A stretch of 46,751 nucleotides of DNA from Chromatiales bacterium (lineage in GTDB: Bacteria > Pseudomonadota > Gammaproteobacteria > Steroidobacterales > BM003): NCBI GenBank assembly GCA_029864735.1, contig JAOTSW010000003.1, positions 1 to 46,751 on the forward strand, in the 5' to 3' direction. Both the position numbers and the translations under genes were made by a program. This document shows, one piece after another, positions 10,204-19,156 of this stretch (within the stretch, counting starts at the first letter, position 1; the number at the start of each line of letters is the position of its first letter). The notes below the pieces were generated by a model. It worked only from the letters and a program-made list of their open reading frames with translations, was not told the DNA's origin and searched no databases.

Positions 10204-11235
10204 CTAGTTTGCCCCCGCCTGGCTCTGACGATATTCGTCAATGTAACCCAGCATCTTGTCCAGAAGTTCCCTGGAGATCACACCTCGATCCGCCATTTCA
10301 AGATTGCTTGCGCCAACCAGGGCACGCCAGTTTTCGATTTGTTGTTCGTCAGGACGGACAATCTCAATTCCCGAATCCACCAGGGCCTTGAAGGCCGCGC
10401 TGTCATCCAGCTTGTTCTGACGATCAAATTCAGCGTAAACCTTGCCGAAGACCTCTCGGACGACCTGCTGATCGGCGTCGGAAAGCTTGTCGAAGTACTT
10501 CTTGTCAACCACCATGTATCCCATCAGGTAGGCTAACGGAAAATCGGTCATGTACTTGACCTTGGTGTGCCACTGCATCACCACTGCGCCCACCGGCGAG
10601 GACGCCACAATATCAACCAGCCCGGTCTGCAGGCCCGTCATCACGTCGGTTACCGAGAGGGTTACCGGCGACAACCCCAGTGCCGACATGGTGTTGTAAG
10701 TAATCAGGTCACCCTCGGGAACCCAGACCTTGCGCCCCTTCAGAGACTCAACCGAGGTGATCGGCGTGTTAGACAGCACCCGTGCAAATCCACCGTCCGA
10801 GAAGCCGAAGCTCACCAGCCCGGCCTCCTCAAGGCCCGCCATCAGCACGCTATCCATGCGTTCCCGGACGTACTCGACTTCACCCATAGACCTGAATACC
10901 AGGGGCATGCCGAATAGCTGCATGTTCGGATAAACGTCTGCTACCGAGGTAGGCGTAAACATGCCGCCATGCAACTGACCAATACGAATCTTGCGCATCA
11001 CTTTTTTGTCATTGCCCATGACGCCGCCGCCGAAGAACTTGAAGTTCACGCGGCCTTCGGTTCTTTCCTTTATCTCTTTGCTGCCATCACGCATCTGCTT
11101 CATCCAGGCAGTGCCCTCGGGAGCGATGGTGGCAATCTTGATATCCAGAGCCTGGGCAGAAGGCGCGACGAGCAGGGCCAGTACAATGGCAGACACCATC
11201 GACAAAATCCCGCTTCGGGTCCTAGAAATAATCAT
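10204..11235 (-). CDS. dctP: TRAP substrate-binding protein DctP (TatP(T) type)
   Basis: Signal peptide, IKIATIAPEGTAW, GGVMG..KIRIGQL, LKGRKVWV, GLQTGLVD. Probable start 11235. Confidence 0.9.
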   Translation of the reverse strand: MIISRTRSGILSMVSAIVLALLVAPSAQALDIKIATIAPEGTAWMKQMRDGSKEIKERTEGRVNFKFFGGGVMGNDKKVMRKIRIGQLHGGMFTPTSVADVYPNMQLFGMPLVFRSMGEVEYVRERMDSVLMAGLEEAGLVSFGFSDGGFARVLSNTPITSVESLKGRKVWVPEGDLITYNTMSALGLSPVTLSVTDVMTGLQTGLVDIVASSPVGAVVMQWHTKVKYMTDFPLAYLMGYMVVDKKYFDKLSDADQQVVREVFGKVYAEFDRQNKLDDSAAFKALVDSGIEIVRPDEQQIENWRALVGASNLEMADRGVISRELLDKMLGYIDEYRQSQAGAN

Positions 11236-12094
11236 CCGCAGTCTCCAGTAGTGTCTCGGCCTGCCTCTGGGCAAGCGTATTGAACAGGGTTAGCCCCGGT
11301 TGTACAGGGTCTGACTCAATCACGTCTTTGAGCAGGCTGTCATGGAGTTCGCGGTCGTATACCAGGCGGGCGTAACTGCGTGCGAATTCCACTTTCACCG
11401 ACAGGTCCTTGCCACCGGACAACTCTATCGCCTTCTCGAAGTGCTCTCTTCCTACTTCCGGTTTACCGCCCAGGGCGGGCGGGCGGATAGTGTTAAGAAT
11501 TCCCAGGTAAAGGTGGATTGCACCGCTTTGGTAATCCGAATCAAGTTGATAAAGGCGATTCAACGCAGACTCCACCTTGGGAAGCTCTGCCAGCACGCCC
11601 CAGTCGTCGCTATTGGCCCGGGTGTAGGCCAGGCTACTGACAGTAAAACTGTACAATTCCGGCAACTCATCAGCCGTTAGCGTCGCCAAATCCGCATCGA
11701 AACTGGCGAAATCCATTCCAGCCCAGCCACACGCCGGCTCATGCACCACGCACATGGCCCTGAGACCGTACTCACGGCCCCGGCGAGTGAGGCGCTTGGC
11801 ACGCTCCGGGTCTTCGACAAAAACGGCGCCGTAAGCAGCATAAAGATTGGCAGCGGAACCCAGCGCGGACGCGCTTTCTGGATTGCCCTCGATCATGCTG
11901 TCCATCAACAACAGATAGGCTGGCGCGCCATCGCGCACTGTCTCGGGGTCTTCCTGGTTCAGGATTGCACTGGAAAGATTACCAGCCAATTTGCCGGTCA
12001 CCCTGTCCATCACGATTGCGCAGCCAGATTGCAGGACCAGCAAGGCCAAAAGAGCTGGCAAAGGAAATATGGAGATAGTTCTTTTCATGCGCAT
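11222..12094 (-). CDS. tatT: TRAP transporter T-component (TatT) TPR-like lipoprotein
   Basis: Lipobox LQSGC (Cys25), EDPETVRDGAPAYLL, PPALGGKPEVGREHFEKAIELS, NTLAQRQA; overlaps the dctP start by 14 nt. Confidence 0.85.
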   Translation of the reverse strand: MRMKRTISIFPLPALLALLVLQSGCAIVMDRVTGKLAGNLSSAILNQEDPETVRDGAPAYLLLMDSMIEGNPESASALGSAANLYAAYGAVFVEDPERAKRLTRRGREYGLRAMCVVHEPACGWAGMDFASFDADLATLTADELPELYSFTVSSLAYTRANSDDWGVLAELPKVESALNRLYQLDSDYQSGAIHLYLGILNTIRPPALGGKPEVGREHFEKAIELSGGKDLSVKVEFARSYARLVYDRELHDSLLKDVIESDPVQPGLTLFNTLAQRQAETLLETADDYF

Positions 12095-12196
12095 CCGATT
12101 TTACTCTGAATCAGCCAACCAGGGAGGCGAAATAATTTGAGTGCATTCGGGGAAGAAGGTTCACTCAATTCAGGAAAAAAGCGAAGCGCCCAAACG

Positions 12197-12235
12197 AAAA
12201 AGGCAAGTGCGCATGGGTTAGCACCCGCACTTGCC
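12197..12235 (-). terminator. Rho-independent terminator of the rpsP-rplS operon
   Basis: Perfect 10-bp stem GGCAAGTGCG/CGCACTTGCC followed by TTTTT on the minus strand, about 30 nt after the rplS stop. Confidence 0.7.
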
Positions 12236-12264
12236 GTTTCCAGTAACCCGGATTCTCACCCGTG

Positions 12265-12609
12265 TTAGATTTTCTCTTTAATCCTGGCGGCCTTACCAGT
12301 GCGCTCGCGCAAGTAGTAAAGCTTGGCACGACGGACGTCACCACGACGCTTCACGGTGATCGATTCAATGACCTTGCTGTAAGTCTGGAACACACGCTCC
12401 ACACCCTCACCATGGGACATCTTTCGCACTGTGAAGGCGCTATTCAGGCCACGGTTACGCTTGGCAATGACCACGCCTTCGTATGCCTGCAGACGTTCAC
12501 GGGTACCTTCTACCACTTTAACCTGCACCACGACGGTATCGCCGGGTCCAAATTCAGGGATCTCACGATCCATCTGTTCTTTTTCAAGTTGCTCGATTAT
12601 GTTGCTCAT
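12265..12609 (-). CDS. rplS: 50S ribosomal protein L19
   Basis: [37 protein letters not shown]. Confidence 0.99.
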   Translation of the reverse strand: MSNIIEQLEKEQMDREIPEFGPGDTVVVQVKVVEGTRERLQAYEGVVIAKRNRGLNSAFTVRKMSHGEGVERVFQTYSKVIESITVKRRGDVRRAKLYYLRERTGKAARIKEKI

Positions 12610-12644
12610 GTCGACATCCCGCTCACGCCGGTCTCAAACCAAAA

Positions 12645-13391
12645 CTAAAGTTCCCCGCCTCTTTCGGCGATAAACTCACTCAATAATTCCTGCTGCTCAT
12701 CATCTAACTTCAAGACAGCCAGCAGCTCAGGCCGTCTCAGCCATGTCCGCCCAAGCGACTGCTTGAGCCTCCACCGCCTGATTTGCTCGTGGTTGCCGCC
12801 AAGCAGCACCTCGGGCACCCGCACTCCATCAACCTCCTCAGGCCGCGTGTAATGCGGACAATCCAGCAAGCCGGTGCTGAAGGAATCCTGGGCCGCCGAG
12901 TCCTCGTCGCCCAGTACACCCGGCAACAGCCGAATTACCGAATCAATCACCACCAGAGCCGGCAACTCGCCCCCACTGAGAACGAAATCACCTATGGACA
13001 ATTCCTCATCCATCTCCTGCTCGATGACGCGTTCATCAACGCCCTCGTAGCGACCGGCCACCAGGATCAACCCCGGCAAGCTGGCCAATTCTTCTGCCCG
13101 GGCCTGGTTAAACACCTCACCCTGGGCGCTCAGGTAGATAACCGGGGCTCCATCGGGAGCTTTCTCACGCGCCCGGGCTATGGCCCGGCGCAGCGGTTCT
13201 ACCTTCATCACCATGCCCGGCCCGCCTCCATATGGACGGTCGTCCACGGTGCGGTGCCGGTCATCGGCAAATTCTCTCGGATTCACTGTACCCATCGATG
13301 TGAGGCCGCGCTGCATCGCCCGACCAATCACCCCGTAACTCACGCCAGCCTCGACCAGCTCGGGGAACAATGAAACAACTTCTATGTGCAT
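12645..13391 (-). CDS. trmD: tRNA (guanine37-N1)-methyltransferase
   Basis: [41 protein letters not shown]. Start at MHIEV (13391). Confidence 0.98.
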   Translation of the reverse strand: MHIEVVSLFPELVEAGVSYGVIGRAMQRGLTSMGTVNPREFADDRHRTVDDRPYGGGPGMVMKVEPLRRAIARAREKAPDGAPVIYLSAQGEVFNQARAEELASLPGLILVAGRYEGVDERVIEQEMDEELSIGDFVLSGGELPALVVIDSVIRLLPGVLGDEDSAAQDSFSTGLLDCPHYTRPEEVDGVRVPEVLLGGNHEQIRRWRLKQSLGRTWLRRPELLAVLKLDDEQQELLSEFIAERGGEL

Positions 13392-13401
13392 GGCACCCGC
13401 G

Positions 13402-13908
13402 TCAAAACTCCGGGTCCCAATCCACCTCAATCACCTTGGCTTCCAGGTCGACCCGTTTAACGTACTGATCCAGTACAAACGGAACCAGCCTCTCCCGGTC
13501 CCCCTTGATGATCAAGACATCGTTGGCGCCGGTCTCCATAAGACTGGAAACCTCGCCGAGGACCACGCCCTGCAGATTTACAACCTGCAAGCCGATCAAA
13601 TCCCTCCAGTACCAGCTTCCGTCTTCACTTGGCGGCATGTCTGATCGCGGAATTTCAATTTCCGCACCAAGCCATTTCGCGGCGTCATCACGGTCTTCCG
13701 CAGCCTGTATCAGCACGACGATACCCTTACCGTGTACCCGCCCTGAATCCAGCTTAACTTCGGTGCGCTTCCCGTTTAACACCAGGAACCAGCGCCGATA
13801 GTGGAGGATGTTATCCCTGGGGTCGGTATAGGAAAAAACCTTTACCCAACCCTTGACTCCGTACAGCCCGGTAATCTTTCCCAGCTGCACCCAGTCATTT
13901 CCGTCCAC
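13402..13908 (-). CDS. rimM: 16S rRNA processing protein RimM
   Basis: [27 protein letters not shown]-terminal DWDPEF. Confidence 0.97.
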   Translation of the reverse strand: MDGNDWVQLGKITGLYGVKGWVKVFSYTDPRDNILHYRRWFLVLNGKRTEVKLDSGRVHGKGIVVLIQAAEDRDDAAKWLGAEIEIPRSDMPPSEDGSWYWRDLIGLQVVNLQGVVLGEVSSLMETGANDVLIIKGDRERLVPFVLDQYVKRVDLEAKVIEVDWDPEF

Positions 13909-13913
13909 AGTTA

Positions 13914-14168
13914 TCAGGCAGCAGCCTGCTTGCGGAATTCCTTGATCAGAGCAGCTACGCGATCGCTGGGCTGTGCGCCCTGGCCGACCCAGTGCTCGAA
14001 CCGATCTATTTCCATGTGCAGGCGAATTTCTTTGCCCTTGGCAACCGGATTGAAATAACCAATTTTTTCGATGTAACGGCCGTCACGGCGATTACGGCTG
14101 TCTGTTACCACGAAGTGGTAGAAAGGCCGCTTTTTCGCACCACCGCGCGAAAGACGAATACTTACCAT
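13914..14168 (-). CDS. rpsP: 30S ribosomal protein S16
   Basis: [29 protein letters not shown]. Confidence 0.99.
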   Translation of the reverse strand: MVSIRLSRGGAKKRPFYHFVVTDSRNRRDGRYIEKIGYFNPVAKGKEIRLHMEIDRFEHWVGQGAQPSDRVAALIKEFRKQAAA

Positions 14169-14211
14169 CTGTTTGTATACCCGCTATTGAGCTTTTGAAA
14201 TGCTTCAGCTG

Positions 14212-14288
14212 AAATAAACCGGCCCTCCGCTTTCCGGCGGGGGGCCGCAGTAAACCGAGCATTTTAAAGCTTTTAGAGAAAATTGGAA
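14212..14288 (-). promoter_or_regulatory. rpsP operon promoter with a terminator-like leader hairpin
   Basis: TTCCAA-N16-TAAAAT (14288-14261), then a GC hairpin at 14221-14246 followed by GGTTTATTT upstream of rpsP. Confidence 0.5.
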
Positions 14289-14485
14289 GGCTTTTCCGAG
14301 GCTTGTCGGCAAGAAAATCAGACTCAGTCCGACTTGCCCTGCACTTTGAACCTCAAAACCTCCCTGAGACCCCGCAGAAACCGCGACTTTACCGGATACT
14401 GGCGATTCTGCGATCTGGGCCAGTGTAACCCGGCCCTGGCAAGGTCCGGGGCATAAATCCGCCAAATCCCCGGCAAAAACGAGAT

Positions 14486-15832
14486 TCAGGGCCTGCCCCT
14501 GAAGCCACCCTTGCCCATGGATGACAACTGCCTGAATAACTTCTTGTTTTTCATCATCTTTTGCATCTGCTTGTACTGTTTAAGCAAACGATTTACATCC
14601 TGGATCTGCACCCCCGACCCGACCGCGATCCGGCGCTTGCGGGATCCATTGATGACCGCAGGAAGCTTTCTTTCTTGGGGCGTCATGGAATTGATAATCG
14701 CAATCTGTCGGGCAAGTTGCTGGTCTCCAGCCTGTTGGGAGACGCCCTGGGGCAGTTTTCCACCCATGGGCAGCTTATCCATCAGCGCTGCCAATCCACC
14801 CATATTGATCATCTGCTGAAGCTGCTCGCGCAGGTCAGTAAGATCCAGGCCCTTGCCCTTCTGGACCTTGCGAGCCAGTTTTTCGGCCTGATCCCGGTCA
14901 ACATTTCGCTCAACCTCTTCCACCAGGGTGAGCACGTCACCCATGCCGAGGATCCGCGAGGCCACACGGTCCGCGTGAAAGCGCTCCAGCGCATCAGTCT
15001 TCTCACCCACGCCCAGGAACTTGATCGGCGCCCCGGAGATGTGGCGCACCGAGAGGGCCGCGCCACCTCGGGCGTCGCCATCGGTCTTGGTCAGGATCAC
15101 GCCGGTAAGGGGCAAGGCCTCTGAAAATGCCCTGGCCGCGTTGACCGCGTCCTGGCCAGCCATGCTGTCCACGACAAACAAGGTTTCGGTTGGCGAGACT
15201 GTCTGGTGAAGGAGTTTAATCTCCCCCATCATTTCCTCATCAACGTGCAGGCGGCCGGCGGTATCCAGGATCACCACATCAGCCAAAGACCGGCGCCCCT
15301 CTTCCAGGGCGCGGGCGGCAATAAGCCTAGGATCCTCGCTTGCCTCGCTGGCCATAAATCCCGCGCCGACCTGCTCGGCAAGTCGCTGCAACTGCAGGAT
15401 AGCCGCTGGCCGATAAACGTCGGCGCTTGCCAGCAGGACCTTTTTCTTGTCCCGCTCAATCAAAAAGCGCGCGAGCTTGGCTGCACTGGTTGTTTTACCC
15501 GCGCCCTGCAAACCGGCCAGCATAATGACTACCGGCGGCTGTGAGCGGAGATTCAACTCGCTATCACCCCCACCCATAAGGGCGACCAATTCAGCATGAA
15601 CAATCTTGATCAGCGCCTGGCCGGGGGTAAGGCTGCGCAGAACTTCTTCGCCTACTGCCTTCTCACGAACCTGCTCTATAAAGGCTTTCACCACAGGCAA
15701 GGCAACGTCAGCCTCAAGCAGCGCCATCCGCACCTGGCGCAGGGCGTCCTTGATATTGTCCTCGGAAATTCGGCCCTTGCCGCGCAAGGCGCCTACCGCC
15801 GAAGAGAGTCGCTCTGTTAATTGATCAAACAT
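14486..15832 (-). CDS. ffh: Signal recognition particle protein
   Basis: ALLEADV, GLQGAGKTT, DTAGR, TKTDGDARGG, ASRILGMGD, M domain SMTPQER. Confidence 0.99.
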   Translation of the reverse strand: MFDQLTERLSSAVGALRGKGRISEDNIKDALRQVRMALLEADVALPVVKAFIEQVREKAVGEEVLRSLTPGQALIKIVHAELVALMGGGDSELNLRSQPPVVIMLAGLQGAGKTTSAAKLARFLIERDKKKVLLASADVYRPAAILQLQRLAEQVGAGFMASEASEDPRLIAARALEEGRRSLADVVILDTAGRLHVDEEMMGEIKLLHQTVSPTETLFVVDSMAGQDAVNAARAFSEALPLTGVILTKTDGDARGGAALSVRHISGAPIKFLGVGEKTDALERFHADRVASRILGMGDVLTLVEEVERNVDRDQAEKLARKVQKGKGLDLTDLREQLQQMINMGGLAALMDKLPMGGKLPQGVSQQAGDQQLARQIAIINSMTPQERKLPAVINGSRKRRIAVGSGVQIQDVNRLLKQYKQMQKMMKNKKLFRQLSSMGKGGFRGRP

Positions 15833-15877
15833 ATCTGGTTAATACTTGCTGCTGCATGCCGTACCCGGGAAGGGCGC

Positions 15878-15907
15878 ATCTTAAGGTAGACCGTACGCAC
15901 AGGGCAA
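15878..15907 (-). promoter_or_regulatory. Putative sigma70 promoter of ffh
   Basis: TTGCCC-N18-TAAGAT followed by GC-rich GCGCCC. Confidence 0.4.
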
Positions 15908-15978
15908 AGTCAGACCCGGGGTCCAGGGAAAACCAAGGTTATCGAAAAGACTTCCCGCCCTGGATTGGAAACGCCGGG

Positions 15979-16746
15979 CTATAGGTAGAATACCACCCCG
16001 GATTCGAGCCGGTGCACCTGTCGATCAGGTAGCTCCGCGCGCACTTCTTCCATGATCAACTCTTCCTCGCCCGGCTTCATGGCGGTAAGCCAAATGGCAG
16101 GATTATGATCGAGCTTGGCCATGTCCTGGGCGAAGGTACGTGGACAGTAATGTCCTGATTTTTGCGCAAGTTCGGCCTGGCGGTTCGGAAACGACACTTC
16201 GATAACCAGCACATCGATATTTTTATACCGATTCAGAACCGGCCACAAAGTCTGGTTGTTCGTGGTATCCGCGCTGAATGCCAGCACCTTCCCTTCCGAT
16301 TCCACGCAAAATCCCAGGGTGGGTACGGAATGCTTCACTTCCACGGCGGTCATTTTTCGCGACCCCAGGTCCAGCACATCACCCGCCGACAAGGGCTTGA
16401 AGCGCATAACCGCTTCCTGGGCATTGGGCAAAACCGAGAAGTCGGGCCACATCACGTCATTAAAAAGGTGGGTTTGCAAAGCCTTGATGGTGTCAGAGGA
16501 GCCATGAACCTGGAGGGGATTTTCCAGATAGGCCTCGAACGCCGCGTCTATAAATAACGGCAGGCCAACAACATGGTCCAGGTGAGAATGGGTCAGGAAC
16601 ACGTGACGCAACCGGCGTAACTCTTCCAGGGACAAGTCACCCACGCCAGTTCCGGCGTCGATGAGTACATCGTCGTCCAACAAAAATGAGGTGGTTTTAA
16701 GGCCTGCGCCTATGCCCCCACTGCATCCGAGAATTCGTACCTGCAT
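15979..16746 (-). CDS. Metallo-beta-lactamase-fold hydrolase, probable class II 3',5'-cyclic-nucleotide phosphodiesterase
   Basis: LGCSGG, LIDAGTG, THSHLDH binuclear-metal motif, HLFNDVMWPDF, HSVP, IEVSFPN..SGHYCP. Confidence 0.75.
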   Translation of the reverse strand: MQVRILGCSGGIGAGLKTTSFLLDDDVLIDAGTGVGDLSLEELRRLRHVFLTHSHLDHVVGLPLFIDAAFEAYLENPLQVHGSSDTIKALQTHLFNDVMWPDFSVLPNAQEAVMRFKPLSAGDVLDLGSRKMTAVEVKHSVPTLGFCVESEGKVLAFSADTTNNQTLWPVLNRYKNIDVLVIEVSFPNRQAELAQKSGHYCPRTFAQDMAKLDHNPAIWLTAMKPGEEELIMEEVRAELPDRQVHRLESGVVFYL

Positions 16747-16878
16747 TGAACCTTGGTTTCCCCAATATCAAGCCCGCTATAAGCACCATTTGTATCCGTG
16801 TATTCGCGGACTTCTCTTATGCCTCGCCATGTGCGAAGATTTCGAGAATCAAGCTAAGTCATAGCGGAAACCATTTCT

Positions 16879-17703
16879 GTGTTACGAATCACAGTTCTTT
16901 TGCTCTACGTAGGAGCGATGCTCCTGCTCGGAAAGTCGGCCCTGACCAGTACGACCGGAACGGCGCAACACCGTCTCGGATCCGTGCTTTTGGCCTTGGG
17001 CGTCGCCGGTCAAGGATACTGGCTTTACCAAGCAATACACGTTGAGGGAGGCCTCGCCCTGGGGGTCACCAACGTGACTTCAATGCTTGGCTGGCTAACC
17101 GCCTGGATCGCGTTGTTCCTGAGCCCACGGGTTCGAATGGTCGGCCTGGCCAGCATGTTGCTGAGCATCACCATCCTTGGCATCGCAGCCAGCTACCTGC
17201 CATTGGCTGAACCGGTCACCACCGATCTGAGCTGGCAATTAACCGGCCATATTCTGATTTCCATTGCCGCCTACTCCCTGCTGGGCATCGGCGCCCTGAT
17301 GGCCGCCGCTATCGCCTTGCAAGACGCTCGCCTGCGTAATCGCAAACCCAGCGGCTGGTTGCTCATGCTGCCATCCCTGGAAGGTATGGAACAGATTCTG
17401 TTCTCTATCCTGACTGTGGGCTTCGCCCTGCTCACCCTGAGCCTGTTCAGTGGACTGGTTTTCGTCGACAACATGTTGGCCCAGCACCTGGCCCACAAGA
17501 CGATTCTGTCCGCAATCGCCTGGCTGATTTTCGCGATCTTGCTGGTTGGTCGCTGGCGCCGGGGCTGGCGAGGCAAGAAAGCGGTTTACATGGCATTGGC
17601 TGGTTTTGTCTTCCTGGCCATGGCGTATTTCGGCACCAAATTAGTGCTGGAAACCCTGCTGGAGCGCCAATGGCAGCTGGCCGGAGCCTTGACAGGTTTC
17701 TAA
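16879..17703 (+). CDS. ypjD: Inner membrane protein YpjD (cytochrome c assembly/CcsA family)
   Basis: About 8 TM helices, HILISIAAY, LPSLEGME, HKTILS, GWRG, AYFGTK; sits next to yfjD and near ffh. Confidence 0.85.
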   Translation: MLRITVLLLYVGAMLLLGKSALTSTTGTAQHRLGSVLLALGVAGQGYWLYQAIHVEGGLALGVTNVTSMLGWLTAWIALFLSPRVRMVGLASMLLSITILGIAASYLPLAEPVTTDLSWQLTGHILISIAAYSLLGIGALMAAAIALQDARLRNRKPSGWLLMLPSLEGMEQILFSILTVGFALLTLSLFSGLVFVDNMLAQHLAHKTILSAIAWLIFAILLVGRWRRGWRGKKAVYMALAGFVFLAMAYFGTKLVLETLLERQWQLAGALTGF

Positions 17704-17754
17704 GGCACCTTCAGTATTTTCAATAACTTCTGCCACGGAATGACGTAAACCCCA

Positions 17755-19020
17755 TTGGACGATAGCCCTTCGACCTCACTGCTTTTCGGCATTCTTTTCC
17801 TGCTGCTGCTGCTTTCCGCTTTCTTTTCAAGCTCGGAAACTGCCTTGATGAGCCTGAACCGCTATCGGCTGAGACATAAGGCCAGGGCGGGACATCGCGG
17901 AGCAAAAATTGCCGACCAATTGCTACGCAGACCGGACAAGCTGATCGGGCTGATACTGCTGGGCAATAACCTGGTTAACATTCTCGCGGCATCGTTGACC
18001 ACAATAATAAGCATGCGCATCGCCGGTGACTCAGGCATTGCGGCAGGCGCCCTGATACTGACGGTTGTGCTGCTAATTTTTGCCGAGGTCACGCCCAAGA
18101 CCATCGCGGCCCTGCACCCCGAGAGCATCGCCTTTCCCTCATCATACGTTTACTACCCCCTCCTCAAAATACTCGGCCCCGTGGTCTGGCTGCTTAACAG
18201 CGTCACTCACATGTTGCTCTACATGCTGGGGCTTTCGGCAAGAAGTTCCTCAAGCGATGCCCTGAGCAGGGAAGAACTTCGAACAGTCGTGGCCGAGGCG
18301 GGCTCTTTGATTCCCAGGAAACACCAGCGCATGCTGCTGAGCATCCTGGACCTGGAAAACATCACCGTGGATGACGTGATGGTGCCTCGCTCCGACATCC
18401 AGGGTATCGACCTGAATGACGAGTGGGATGAGGTTCTGCGTCAAATTCAGACCAGCCAGCACACACGGCTCCCCCTTTATCGCGACAGCCTGGACAACAT
18501 CCTGGGCATCATTCACCTGCGAAAGGTTATCAGCGATCTGGCTCACCAGAGACTCACACCTGAGGCCCTGGAAAATGCCGCCCGGGACCCCTATTTTGTT
18601 CCAGAAGGCACGCCGCTGAACACGCAGTTGTTGAACTTCCAGCGCCAGAGCAGACGATTTGGCGTTGTGGTAGATGAGTATGGCGACATCCAGGGACTGG
18701 TCACCCTGGCAGATATTCTTGAAGAAATTGTCGGCGAATTCACTTCCGCACCGGGAGCCATTAATCCGGACGTACACGCGGAGCCAGACGGAAGTTTCGT
18801 GGTCGCCGGTTCCGCTAACCTCCGGGATCTTAATCGGTCAATGAGCTGGGACCTGCCCACCGATGGACCCAAGACCCTGAATGGCCTTGTGGTGGAGGCC
18901 CTGGGAGATATCCCGGAACCGGGAATTCAGCTCGGCATAAGGGAATTTGATTTAACCGTGCTCCAGACTGCGGAAAACGCGGTGAAAACCGTGCGCATCC
19001 AGTTGCGGAAGGCCTCCTAG
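17755..19020 (+). CDS. yfjD: HlyC/CorC family (CNNM-CBS-CorC) transporter YfjD
   Basis: SAFFSSSETALMSLNRYRL, ILLGNNLVNI, AEVTPKT, MVPR, VVDEYG, ILEEIVGEF. Confidence 0.9.
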   Translation: MDDSPSTSLLFGILFLLLLLSAFFSSSETALMSLNRYRLRHKARAGHRGAKIADQLLRRPDKLIGLILLGNNLVNILAASLTTIISMRIAGDSGIAAGALILTVVLLIFAEVTPKTIAALHPESIAFPSSYVYYPLLKILGPVVWLLNSVTHMLLYMLGLSARSSSSDALSREELRTVVAEAGSLIPRKHQRMLLSILDLENITVDDVMVPRSDIQGIDLNDEWDEVLRQIQTSQHTRLPLYRDSLDNILGIIHLRKVISDLAHQRLTPEALENAARDPYFVPEGTPLNTQLLNFQRQSRRFGVVVDEYGDIQGLVTLADILEEIVGEFTSAPGAINPDVHAEPDGSFVVAGSANLRDLNRSMSWDLPTDGPKTLNGLVVEALGDIPEPGIQLGIREFDLTVLQTAENAVKTVRIQLRKAS

Positions 19021-19156
19021 AGACGCCCGGCAGGCCATTACCCGGCGATCGTCCCGGTTGTGACGGTCGACCCGAAACCTGCTGTCGAGTTAGGCTGGTA
19101 CCGCAACTTGGCAGCTACGAACTAACGATTCAATCACCACCACAAGAAAAGCAGAT

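Noticed and set aside
15895-15908. ACGCACAGGGCAAA, resembling the 5' end of the c-di-GMP-I riboswitch as I recall the Vc2 sequence
   Set aside because: No GNRA-capped P2 or GACGCAAAGC segment follows, no plus-strand gene lies immediately downstream, and the sequence is better explained as the antisense of the ffh -35 region.
15979-16746. Beta-lactamase (antibiotic resistance) call for the MBL-fold gene
   Set aside because: No signal peptide, and the LGCSGG, WPDF and EVSFPN motifs fit the phosphodiesterase branch.
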